Assembly: GCA_964016885.1 (NCBI GenBank)
Contig: OZ024741.1
Location: 22,816,001 to 22,880,000, forward strand
Length of the DNA stretch: 64,000 bases
Direction of reading: 5' to 3'
DNA from: Eledone cirrhosa
Taxonomy: Eukaryota
In this document: in pieces, positions 15,001-26,410 of the stretch
How positions within the stretch are numbered: position 1 is the first letter of the stretch
How the letters are laid out: each line of letters opens with the position of its first letter
The notes under the pieces: model-generated
Told to the model about the DNA's origin: nothing
The model's input: the letters and a program-made list of their open reading frames with translations, nothing else
The model's database searches: none
Made by a program: the position numbers and the translations under genes

Positions 15001-18000
15001 GTGACAGTAATAATATATAGGGGTTGGCTAGAATAGACTGTGACAGTAATAACAATATATAGGGGTTGGCTAGATAGACTGTGACAGTAATAACAATATA
15101 TAGGGGTTGGCTAGAATAGACTGTGACAGTAATAATATTATATAGGGGTTGGCTAGATAGACTGTGATAGTAATAACAATATATAGGGGCTGGCTAGAAT
15201 AGACTGAGACAGTAATAACAATATATAGGGGCTGGCTAGAATAGACTGAGACAGTAATAACAATATATAGGGGTTGGCTAGAATAGACTGTGACAGTAAT
15301 AACAATATATAGGGGCTGGCTAGAATAGACTGACAGTAATAACAATATATAGGGGCTGGCTAGAATAGACTGTGACAGTAATAACAACATATAGTGGTTG
15401 GCTAGAATAGACTGACAGTAATAACAATATATAGGGGCTGGCTAGATAGACTGTGACAGTAAGAACAATATATAGGGGCTGGCTAGAATAGACTGACAGT
15501 AATAACAATATATAGGGGCTGGCTAGAATAGACTGTGACAGTAATAACAACATATAGGGGTTGGCTAGAATAGACTGACAGTAATAACAATATATAGGGG
15601 CTGGCTAGATAGACTGTGACAGTAAGAACAATATATAGGGGCTGGCTAGAATAGACTGTGACAGTAATAACAATATATAGGGGCTGGCTAGAATAGACTG
15701 AGACAGTAATAACAATATATAGGGGTTGGCTAGAATAGACTGAGACAGTAATAACAATATATAGGGGCTGGCTAGAATAGACTGTGACAGTAATAACAAT
15801 ATATAGGGGTTGGCTAGAATAGACTGTGACAGTAATAACAATATATAGGGGCTGGCTAGATAGACTGAGACAGTAATAACAATATATAGGGGCTGGCTAG
15901 ATAGACTGAGACAGTAATAACAATATATAGGGGCTGGCTAGAATAGAATGACAGTAATAACAATATATAGGGGCTGGCTAGAATAGACTGTGACAGTAAT
16001 AACAATATATAGGGGTTGGCTAGAATAGACTGTGACAGTAATAACAATATATAGGGGCTGGCTAGATAGACTGAGACAGTAATAACAATATATAGGGGCT
16101 GGCTAGATAGACTGAGACAGTAATAACAATATATAGGGGCTGGCTAGAATAGAATGACAGTAATAACAATATATAGGGGCTGGCTAGAATAGACTGTGAC
16201 AGTAATAACAATATATAGGGGTTGGCTAGAATAGACTGTGACAGTAATAACAATATATAGGAGTTGGCTAGAATAGACTGTGACAGTAATAACAATATAT
16301 AGGGGCTGGCTAGAATAGACTGTGACAGTAATAACAATATATAGGGGCTGGCTAGATAGACTGAGACAGTAATAACAATATATAGGGGCTGGCTAGAATA
16401 GAGTGACAGTAATAACAATATATAGGGGCTGGCTAGAATAGACTGTGACAGTGATAACAATATATAGGGGCTGGCTAGAATAGACTGTGACAGTAATAAC
16501 AATATATAGGAGCTGGCTATAATAGACTGACAGTAATAACAATATATAGGGGCTGGCTAGAATAGACTGTGACAGTGATAACAATATATAGGGGTTGGCT
16601 AGATAGACTGTGACAGTCATAACAATATATAGGGGCTGGCTAGAATAGACTGTGACAGTAATAACAATATATAGGGGCTGGCTAGAATAGACTGAGACAG
16701 TAATAACAATATATAGGGGTTGGCTAGAATAGACTGAGACAGTAATAACAATATATAGGGGCTGGCTAGAATAGACTGTGACAGTAATAACAATATATAG
16801 GGGTTGGCTAGAATAGACTGTGACAGTAATAACAATATATAGGGGCTGGCTAGATAGACTGAGACAGTAATAACAATATATAGGAGCTGGCTAGATAGAC
16901 TGAGACAGTAATAACAATATATAGGGGCTGGCTAGAATAGAATGACAGTAATAACAATATATAGGGGCTGGCTAGAATAGACTGTGACAGTAATAACAAT
17001 ATATAGGGGTTGGCTAGAATAGACTGTGACAGTAATATCAATATATAGGGGCTGGCTAGATAGACTGAGACAGTAATAACAATATATAGGGGCTGGCTAG
17101 ATAGCCTGAGACAGTAATAACAATATATAGGGGCTGGCTAGATAGACTGAGACAGTAATAACAATATATAGGGGCTGGCTAGAATAGAGTGACAGTAATA
17201 ACAATATATAGGGGCTGGCTAGAATAGACTGTGACAGTAATAACAATATATAGGGGTTGGCTAGATAGACTGTGACAGTAATAACAATATATAGGGGTTG
17301 GCTAGATAGACTGTGACAGTAATAACAATATATAGGGGTTGGCTAGATAGACTGTGACAGTAATAACAATATATAGGGGCTGGCTAGAATAGACTGTGAC
17401 AGTAATAACAATATATAGGGGTTGGCTAGATAGACTGTGACAGTAATAACAATATATAGGGGCTGGCTAGAATAGACTGTGACAGTAATAACAATATATA
17501 GGGGCTGGCTAGAATAGACTGAGATAGTAATAACAATATATAGGGACTGGCTAGAATAGACTGAGACAGTAATAACAATATATAGGAGCTGGCTAGAATA
17601 GACTGACAGTAATAACAATATATAGGGGCTGGCTAGAATAGACTGAGACAGTAATAACAATATATAGGGGCTGGCTAGAATACACTGTGACAGTGATAAC
17701 AATATATAGGGGCTGGCTAGAATAGACCGTGACAGTAATAATATATAGGGGTTGGCTAGAATAGACTGTGACAGTGATAACAATATATAGGGGCTGGCTA
17801 TAATAGACTGTGACAGTAATAACAATATATAGGAGCTGGCTAGATAGACTGAGACAGTAATAACAATATATAGGGGCTGGCTAGAATAGACTGTGACAGT
17901 AATAACAATATATAGGGGCTGGCTAGAATAGACTGACAGTAATAACAATATATAGGGGTTGGCTAGAATAGACTGTGACAGTAATAACAATATATAGGGG

Positions 18001-18615
18001 CTGGCTAGAATAGACTGTGAAAGTGATAACAATATATAGGGGCTGGCTAGAATAGACTGTGACAGTAATAACAACATATAGGGGTTGGCTAGAATAGACT
18101 GTGACAGTAATAACAATATATAGGGGCTGGCTAGAATAGACTGTGACAGTAATAACAATATATAGGGGCTGGCTAGAATAGACTGTGACAGTAAGAACAA
18201 TATATAGGGGCTGGCTAGAATAGACTGTGACAGTGATAACAATATATAGGGGCTGGCTAGAATAGACTGTGACAGTGATAAAGCAATATATAGGGGTTGG
18301 CTAGAATAGACTGTGACAGTAATAACAATATATAGGGGCTGGCTAGAATAGACTGTGCCAGTAATAACAATATATAGGGGCTGGCTAGATAGACTGAGTC
18401 AGTAATAACAATATATAGGGGCTGGCTAGAATAGACTGACAGTGATAACAATATATAGGGGCTGGCTAGAATAGACTGTGACAGTAATAACAATATATAG
18501 GGGCTGGCTAGAATAGACTGTGACTGATAACAATATATAGGGGCTGGCTAGAATAGACTGTGACAGTAATAACAATATATAGGGGCTGGCTAGATAGACT
18601 GAGACAGTAATAACA
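1..18615. repeat. 42-bp minisatellite array (GTGACAGTAATAACAATATATAGGGG[C/T]TGGCTAGAATAGACT) with 39-41-bp variants, roughly 440-450 units, open at the left edge
   Basis: Directly visible head-to-tail units; ends abruptly at ...cagtaataaca|tttttatg. Confidence 0.98.
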
Positions 18616-18699
18616 TTTTTATGAAGAGTCAAAATGAAAAGATGAATATATTTAGATGTCAATATAGATGAATAACTACCCCAGTTAATGTCCTGGGGT

Positions 18700-19208
18700 A
18701 ACCCTATAAGAGAAGGGAAGCTAGTAGCTACCCCAGTCATAAGTCAGTGGGTTGACCCTATAACAGAAGGGAAGCTAGTAGCTACCCTACAGTTAAGGTC
18801 CAAGGGTTGACCCTATAACAGAAGAGAAGCTAGTAGCTACCCTACATTTAAGGTCCAGGGGTTGACCCTATAACAAGAGAAGCTAGTAGCTACCCTACAG
18901 TTAATGTCCAGGGGTTGACCCTATAACAGAAGAGAAGCTAGTAGCTACCCTACAGTTAAGGTCCAGGGGTTGACCCTATAACAGAAGAGAAGCCAGTAGC
19001 CACTCTAGTTATAGGTCCAGGGGGTTGACCCTATAACAGAAGGGAAGCTAGTAGCTACCCTAGTTATAGGTCCAGGGGGTTGACCCTATAACAGAAGGGA
19101 AGCTAGTAGCTACCCTAGTTATAGGTCCAAGAGTTAACCCTATAACAGAAGGGAAGCTAGTAGCTACCCTAGTTATAGGTCCAAGAGTTGACCCTATAAC
19201 AGAAGGGA
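18700..19208. repeat. ~59-62-bp tandem repeat, about 8 units (GTTGACCCTATAACAGAAGGGAAGCTAGTAGCTACCCTA...GGTCCA)
   Basis: Directly visible tandem units. Confidence 0.95.
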
Positions 19209-19243
19209 ATTATTGATTCAACCAAAACAACAATGAAGGTCAA

Positions 19244-19488
19244 CCCTTTTCATACCAAACCATCTGAAATCTCCTCTGGTCCAATGATATAAAACTTTGT
19301 TTTAAAGTGTTTATATTTATCTCAAAACAACCCATTATAATTTCATATAAGAACCTTTAAGTTATGTTCCTAACACCAGTTTAATAATGAAAATGTTAGT
19401 TATATTACTAAATTCCTCCAAATTCTTGATTATTTTCAAAATGATTTGAATATCATAGGCAGTGTCTTCAAATATGGAAACAAAAGGG
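19244..19488 (+). mobile_element. TTAA/CCCTTTT-ended non-autonomous DNA element (piggyBac-type MITE family B), with a partial duplicate to ~19658
   Basis: Ends CCCTTTT...AAAAGGG-TTAA; homologous to 38929-39178 and 23217-23285. Confidence 0.65.
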
Positions 19489-19719
19489 TTAACCTTCAAC
19501 ATTCCATAATTGTATGTAAGAACCATTGTTAAGTTATGTTCCAAACACCAGCTTAATGATCTGAATATTAGTTATATTATAAAATCCTTACAAATTCTTG
19601 ATTAGTTGAAAATCATAAGCAATGTCTTTCATTAGAAATATGATAATGAAAAGGTTAAGTTTAATCTTGTCCAGTTTGTGCAAAAATAAGTTATAAGCTT
19701 TATTTACATAAATACTGTC

Positions 19720-19868
19720 AATGTGGTTGGCATTAGGAAGGGCATGCAGCTATAGAAACCAAGCCAAAACCAGTCCAGTGTGAGCTGGAGATGGACATCT
19801 GCTTTGGCTTGGCTCACATCTGGACAACTTGTCTAACTCATGCTAGAGTGGAAAAATGGACGTTAAAA
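19720..19868 (+). mobile_element. RTE-type LINE/SINE 3' tail fragment
   Basis: ggcattaggaagggcat...ctaactcatgctag...ggacgttaa matches the 3' UTR at 27700-27870. Confidence 0.75.
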
Positions 19869-20100
19869 AATATATCTAATAAGAATTACAACATGTGTGT
19901 GTGGGTGTGTATATATATATATATGTATATATATGAGTCCAGAATTAGCTGTTAAAACGGCAAGAGCTCAACTGTCGGGCCCCGACTCTTTATCATATAA
20001 CCATACTCTACTATCCCAAGTATCGAGTACTCTGTTGAGTAATGGTCTAACTAGTTTTAAACTGGTTCTATCCTGATTTATACACACACATAAATCTTAC

Positions 20101-20161
20101 CTTTCTGTAACCGTGATCTTATATCTTTTACGAAATCTGGATCTAATTCTACAAAACAAAA
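20101..20161 (-). CDS. Probable exon 3 of the FAM134/RETREG-like gene: (F)LFCRIRSRFRKRYKITVTE(S/R)
   Basis: Acceptor ttttttccag, donor AAG|GTAAGA; 61 nt, phase 1 to phase 2, open when joined to exon 2. The alternative TAG acceptor 13 nt inside would create a TAA. Confidence 0.5.
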
Positions 20162-20243
20162 CTGGAAAAAACAACAAATAAACCAATTGAATATGAAATG
20201 AAACACGAGACATCGAAATGAAGAGAGTTAGAAACATTATCAA

Positions 20244-20420
20244 CTCTTTAGCATTTAAACTGACCATATCATGCCAAAATTCTCTCACCTCTTTCTGTTC
20301 AAACTGGCCGTTACTGGCCACTCATACTGATGTTAAGGTATTGTTCTCAAAATAAATAATATCAAAATCTCATAGATTCAATATTATGTGAGATAAAACC
20401 TTTACTGTGAAAATACAAAT
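20244..20420 (+). mobile_element. piggyBac-type MITE family A, right end truncated at a SINE
   Basis: ctctttagcatttaaac start; body matches 50213-50430. Confidence 0.8.
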
Positions 20421-20424
20421 ATGA

Positions 20425-20799
20425 AGGCGCATGGCTCAGTGGTTAGAGCATTGGGCTTGCAATCAAAAGGTTGTGAGTTCAATTCTTGGACCGGGTGATA
20501 TGCTGTTTCCTTGAGCAAGACACTTTATTTCACATTGCTCCAGTTTACTCAGCTATAGAAATGAGATGATAGGACTGGGGTCCCTATCATTCCACTGCAA
20601 AGTGGTCGTGGAGGTGCCACGGCAAAAAAGCACCCAGCACTCATTGTAAAAGTGGACGTGTAGGCGCCACAGGAGAAAAAGCACCCATATGAGTAAGACG
20701 TCAGCCGACCGGACACTGCCCACAACAGGACAACCCGTCTAACTCATGCTAGCGTGGGAAGAACAGACGTAAAACGGTGATGGTGATGATGATGATGAT
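20425..20799 (+). mobile_element. tRNA-derived SINE (CORE-like centre, RTE-type tail ending in (GAT)n)
   Basis: Box A TGGCTCAGTGG, box B GTTCAATTC, ccttgagcaagacacttt centre, tail shared with the RTE LINE at 26411-27870. Confidence 0.85.
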
Positions 20800-20824
20800 A
20801 TAATATATTAATCTGTAGCATCAA

Positions 20825-21750
20825 TCATCACCACCATTTAATGTCCATTTTTCTACACTAGCATGGGTTAGACAAGTTGTCCTGTTGTGAGAAATACCAG
20901 GTCATGTGACCATGTCTTGCTCATACAGAAATACCAGGTCATGTTACCATGTCTTGCTCATACAGAACTGCTTTTGGCTTGGCTTCTACAGCTGGATGCC
21001 ATTCCTAATGCCAACCACTTTTCAGTGTGTACTGGATGCTTTTTGTCGTGACACCTACATGACCACTTTACAGTGTGTACTGGATGCTTTTTGTCATGAC
21101 ACCTATATGACCACTTTACAGTGTGTACTGGATGCTTTTTGTCATGACACCTATATGACCACTTTACAGTGTGTACTGGATGCTTTTTGTCGTGACACCT
21201 ACATGACCACTTTACAGTGTGTACTGGATGCTTTTTGTTATGACACCTATATGACCACTTTACAGTGTGTACTGGATGCTTTTTGTCGTGACACCTACAT
21301 GACCACTTTACAGTGTGTACTGGATGCTTTTTGTCGTGACACCTACATGACCACTTTACAGTGTGTACTGGATGCTTTTTGTCATGACACCTATATGACC
21401 ACTTTACAGTGTGTACTGGATGCTTTTTGTCATGACACCTACATGACCACTTTACAGTGTGTACTGGATGCTTTTTGTCGTGACACCTATATGACCACTT
21501 TACAGTGTGTACTGGATGCTTTTTGTCGTGACACCTATATGACCACTTTACAGTGTGTACTGGATGCTTTTTGTCGTGACACCTATATGACCACTTTACA
21601 GTGTGTACTGGATGCTTTTTGTCGTGACACCTATATGACCACTTTACAGTGTGTACTGGATGCTTTTTGTCGTGACACCTACATGACCACTTTACAGTGT
21701 ACTGGATGCTTTTTGTCGTAACACCTACATGACCACTTTACAGTGTGTAC
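20825..21750 (-). mobile_element. Reverse RTE-type 3' tail with an internal 48-bp unit expanded ~15 times (21014-21750)
   Basis: Reverse tail motifs (ctagcatgggttagac, ctacagctggatgcc) lead directly into the GACCACTTTACAGTGTGTACTGGATGCTTTTTGTCGTGACACCTACAT array. Confidence 0.85.
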
Positions 21751-22487
21751 AGAGCGTTTTGGTTGGAGAGGTGTGTGAGGATTGGGGTGGTGGGTATTTG
21801 GGCATGTGTGAGGAGTGGAGTATTAGGACGTGGGAGGTAAATGGATGGGCGTGGAGGTGAAGGACACAAGATGTATGCTTCAGTCTGTGCTCATGGGAGG
21901 TGTGTGGAAGGGGGCATGGTGAAGGTCAGTAAAACAAAACATCAGATTAAATATTAAGAATCATAATGGCAGTAGTGATAGTGATAGCAGCTGAGCTGTT
22001 GGTGATAAACAAATGTCTTTAGTTGTGATGGTGGCAGTGGTAGTTGGTGCTAAGGAGGTGGTAGCAATTGTGCAGCTGATAATAGTATTAGTCCATTAAT
22101 GTACTGCATCACATGATGCTACATTAACAAAACATCACTGTGACTGCACAACATTAAACACTGAAGTCTTAACTCTATTACTGTAAATGTTCACAATGAT
22201 CTGTCTACTAGTAGTAACTGCAAGGGGTCACGGCAATTGTTCCCTTTGTCACCCATTAAATACTGCCCTGTCTTGGTGAGCATCTTTCCAGGGGCAAACT
22301 CATGGTCAGTCATGGTCAAAGGGGCCGTTTTATATGAGAATGAAAGAGTGAGGAGTGTGTGTGTGTGAGTACGGGAGAGGGAGGGAGGGGATGAAGGAGA
22401 AATGGTAGAAAGAGTATGGAAGAAACACAATATAAGTCAGTAGAAATAATACAAAGTGAAGAAGAGAATAAAAAAATGGCCACTTAC

Positions 22488-22594
22488 ATGTTATTTTCTT
22501 CCAAATTTTATTTATTAAAAGGTCAAGGATGAAGAAAACTATAACTATACAGCAACAATAAGGATAAAAACTAAGTGATATGTTGTAGAAGAGC
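22488..22594 (-). CDS. Exon 2 of the FAM134/RETREG-like gene: (W)LFYNISLSFYPYCCCIVIVFFILDLLINKIWKKIT
   Basis: Acceptor ttttctctattgcag, donor GTAAGT; 107 nt; its first G completes the TG|G Trp of exon 1; open hydrophobic segment ending KIW, as expected for the reticulon-homology hairpin. Confidence 0.75.
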
Positions 22595-22633
22595 CTGCAA
22601 TAGAGAAAATATTTCAGGATTAGTTTTCATTAA

Positions 22634-22950
22634 GTGGTGGTGGTGGTGGGGATGGTGGCGATAGTGGTGGTGGTGGTGGTGGTGATAGTGGAGGTGGTGG
22701 TGATAGTGGTGGTGGTGGTGGTGGTGGTGGTGGTGATAGTGGAGGTGGTGGTGATAGTGGTGGTGGTGGTGTGGTGATAGTGGTGGTGGTGGTGACATAG
22801 TGGTGGTGGTGGTTGGGGGGATGATGGGGGGTCTGGTGGTGGCAATGGCGGGGTCTGTGGTGGTTGGGGGATGGGGGTGGGGATGATTGTGGTGACACTG
22901 GTGGTTGTATGGTGGTGATGGTGATGATGGTGGTTGTGGTGATGATGATA
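22634..22950. repeat. (GGT)n-rich degenerate trinucleotide tract
   Basis: Visible GGT/GAT runs. Confidence 0.9.
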
Positions 22951-23284
22951 TGAAAGCAATACAAGACTATCAGTGAACTAAGGGAGCTGCTGCTTCTCTC
23001 ATTCTTGCATATACTCTTGGGTCTCAAATAATCTCCCACCCCCTCCCCCACTTATTAATTTTTCATTTTTTTTTCCACCCTTTGAAATTCTTTGTTTATA
23101 TAGTTTGGCAGCACCAATTCCAGTTCCTACTCGAAGTTAGAAGATCATTGATGAAGAAACCATTTCATCACTGCTTCCTCAACATTTCAAAGAAACTGCA
23201 GTAAGTTTGCCCTTAACCCTTTTGATACCGACCTGACCAAAACTATCTCTAGTTCTATGAAATAAATTTACCCATTCTAAAGGG

Positions 23285-24311
23285 TTCCTATTTACATCAA
23301 CATCACTGGGCATGCATACATCGAAGCTCCGACGACTGGCAACTGACTTGGTAAACACCCACAAAATTATTAACCATCTTGCCAACAACAACCCTGAGTA
23401 CCTTTTTGATTTCCATGTGTCTAACACACGTGGGCATACCTACAAAGTCAGAAAACAGCACAGCCCCCATGACTTTCAGAAATATTTTTTCATGCTCAGA
23501 GTTGCTGAAGCATGGAACAAACTACCTGCATCAGTTGTTAGCTATCGAGACACTGCATCCTTTAAAACCTCCATGGAACAAACTACCTGCATCAGTTGTT
23601 AGCTATCGAGACACTGCATCCTTTAAAACCTCCATGGAACAAACTACCTGCATCAGTTGTTATCTATCGAGACACTGCATCCTTTAAAACCTCCATGGAA
23701 CAAACTACCTGCATCAGTTGTTAGCTGTCAAGACACTGCATCCTTTAAAACCTCCATGGAACAAACTCCCTGCATCAGTTGTTATCTATCGAGACACTGC
23801 ACCCTTTAAAACCTCCATGGAACAAACTACCTGCATCAGTTGTTATCTATCGAGACACTGCATCCTTTAAAACCTCCATGGAACAAACTCCCTGCATCAG
23901 TTGTTAGCTGTCGAGACACTGCATCCTTTAAAACCTCCATGGAACAAACTCCCTGCATCAGTTGTTAGCTGTCGAGACACTGCATCCTTTAAAACCTCCA
24001 TGGAACAAACTCCCTGCATCAGTTGTTAGCTGTCGAGACACTGCATCCTTTAAAACCTCCATGGAACAAACTCCCTGCATCAGTTGTTAGCTGTCGAGAC
24101 ACTGCATCCTTTAAAACCTCCATGCTCCCTGAGATTCGCCAACACTGCACCTGATATCCCCCTCCATACACACACACACGTATATCATGACTCATACACT
24201 ATTCACTTCTCTGACATTTGTATATTATTCTATGCACTATACATGCACCTTTGATGAGTTGTAGTGCACCTGAGCACTGTACACAATAATTTCATTATTA
24301 TTATTATTATA
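23285..24311 (+). mobile_element. CR1-like LINE 3' fragment (ORF2 C-terminus, 3' UTR, (ATT)n tail) containing 10 x 61-bp tandem copies (23511-24124)
   Basis: LRRLATDL..TRGHTYK..FF.LRV..WN.LP..VV...FK motif; 3' stem-loop agtgc-acctga-gcact; (ATT)n tail. Confidence 0.85.
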
Positions 24312-24450
24312 TATTGACTGAATTTTGGACAACCTACAATCTACATCCTTTTATCTTCATATCACCAATTTTGTAAAATATTATCTGATGAGAACACACC
24401 CGACTTATTTTATTCTTACGTAACAATTGTCTGATGCCTCAGAAATATAC

Positions 24451-24452
<2 letters not shown>

Positions 24453-24496
<44 letters not shown>

Positions 24497-24529
24497 AACC
24501 CATGCAAGCGTGGAAGATGGACGTTAAAC

Positions 24530-24577
<48 letters not shown>

Positions 24578-24795
24578 ACACACACACACACACAGTGTAA
24601 AGTGGTTGTGTAGGAGACACGACAAAAAGCACACAACACACACTGTAAAGTGGTTGACCTTAGCAAAGGCATCCAGCTGTAGAAACCAAGCCAAAATCAG
24701 TTCTGTATGACCACCTGACCCGACTTGCCTCTAATGGGGCAAACCGTCTAACCCAAACTAGCATGGAAAATGGACGTTAAACGATAATGATGAAA
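24453..24795 (+). mobile_element. (TA)n microsatellite plus two RTE-type 3' tail fragments with (GAT)n and (CA)n
   Basis: aacccatgcaagcgtggaagatggacgttaaac(gat)n-type terminus occurs twice. Confidence 0.8.
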
Positions 24796-25229
24796 TTAGA
24801 ATTTTTAAACATTTTTAAATTGACAAGGAATGGATGTTGTTTCAGTCTTGTTCATTCTTTAGAACAATGTATTAGTTTCTTTCTTTTTTGTTTTTAGATG
24901 ACAGAGAATGGCTTGAAGGAGATTTTGTTGCTATTACAAGCAATTTTAGCAATCACACTTTAGTTTCCACATTGCATCACAAACGAATGTCTGGTGTGTA
25001 CATTAATTGTGAGGATTCATGTCTTCTGGAAAAGGCCACTTCTTTATGTGATAGTTTGTTTATTGTCATCAACTATAATAGCGAATGTGTGTATATTTAT
25101 ATATTTGTCTGTCACTCACTGGAAGGGAGATAACTAAGGAAAGAAGGGGATGGTAACAAACTATAGTAAACAGCAGTCAGTCTTCTACACTTGTGCCAGT
25201 GTATGTGTGATGTGTAAATATATTTAAAC

Positions 25230-25676
25230 TTGTGTGAGTGTATGTGTGTTTATATCAATTGTGTGAGTATATGTGTGTTTATATCAATTGTGTGAGTATG
25301 TGTGTTTATATCAATGGTGTGAGTATATGTGTGTTTATATCAATGGTGTGAGTATATGTGTTTATATCAATGGTGTGAGTATATGTGTGTTTATATCAAT
25401 GGTGTGAGTATATGTGTGTTTGTGTGTCTATATCAATGGTGTGAATATATGTGTGTTTGTGTGTCTATATCAATTGTGTGAGTATATGTGTGTTTATATC
25501 AATGGTGTGAGTATATGTGTTTATATCAATGGTGTGAGTATATGTGTGTTTGTGTGTCTATATCAATGGTGTGAGTATATGTGTTTATATAAATTGTGTG
25601 AGTTTGTGTGTTTATATCAATGGTGTGAATATATGTGTGTTTGTGTGTCTATATCAATTGTGTGAGTATATGTGTA
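25230..25676. repeat. Degenerate ~28-38-bp minisatellite (TGTGTTTATATCAATGGTGTGAGTATA)
   Basis: Visible tandem units. Confidence 0.9.
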
Positions 25677-25899
25677 GCAAACTAACATTTTGTGTGAGTG
25701 TATGTCTGTGTGTATATGTGTGTTTGTGTGAATATATTTATACTTATGTGAGTGAATGTGTTTATAATTTTATATACTTATACATATAAATGTATACATA
25801 TGCATACCAAGATGTATCTTGGTTATCTATGTTAGTTGCAGATGGTTTTTTTTCACAAAAGATTTTGTAAGCAACCGAAATGGGGTTTCTCCAAAAGGT

Positions 25900-26256
25900 A
25901 TTTAGAGTAACATTACTCGATAGAGTGCGTAGCTCGGAGATCAGAGTGTCACTCCAGGTAGAGCCGCTACTTCTCTGAATTGAGAAATCACAGCTCCAAT
26001 ATTATGGACATGCGATTAGAATGTCTCAGGAAAGAATCACTGGACAGATTTTACGGACAAAACGAATTGACAGAGACACAGGAGTAGACCCCAAGCAAGA
26101 TGGTTAGATAACATCCATGAGCTTGGCTGGTCTCAATAGGGGATCCAGCCGGATCAGTTGGAGACGATTCCTTCTGACAGGGCCTGCTACAAGGAGTGTT
26201 TGAGGATTCTGCTCCCACGACCCTCTCAGAAATAAGTGGACAAAGAAAAAGAAGAA
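25900..26256 (+). mobile_element. Degenerate 3' end of a second RTE-like LINE family
   Basis: Translates SLQVEPLLL*IEKSQLQYYGHAIRMSQERI..; homologous copy at 54107-54340. Confidence 0.7.
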
Positions 26257-26410
26257 TTATTAAACTAAAAACTTGGTTTAGAACCCTTCTTATATATAAA
26301 ATAATATAATTAACCACCATTTTTTATGGCATGGGGCCAGCTAGAAGAACTCATTGAAATAGTTAACTAATTATTTATAGAAATAAACACCAACAAAATT
26401 AACAAAAACA

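Noticed and set aside
1-18615. CRISPR-like regular repeats (also 21014, 23511, 48550)
   Set aside because: Head-to-tail units without unique spacers, no cas genes, eukaryotic context.
18680-18703. Micro-exon WLPQDINW as exon 3
   Set aside because: It is the diverged terminal unit of the 60-bp array and has a weak donor; 20101-20161 fits better.
29-18740. Dozens of hydrophobic 'LLLSQSILASPYI' ORFs
   Set aside because: Translations of a 42-bp satellite, mostly with TTG starts and constant frameshifts.
20425-20495. tRNA gene
   Set aside because: Degenerate cloverleaf continuing into a SINE body and tail.
20906-21721. 271-aa Cys-rich repeat ORF
   Set aside because: In-frame 48-bp array derived from a retroposon 3' UTR read antisense.
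22571-23051. Formin/extensin-like polyproline or poly-His protein
   Set aside because: GGT microsatellite; the Pro frame is broken and has no supporting splice sites; it lies just inside intron 1.
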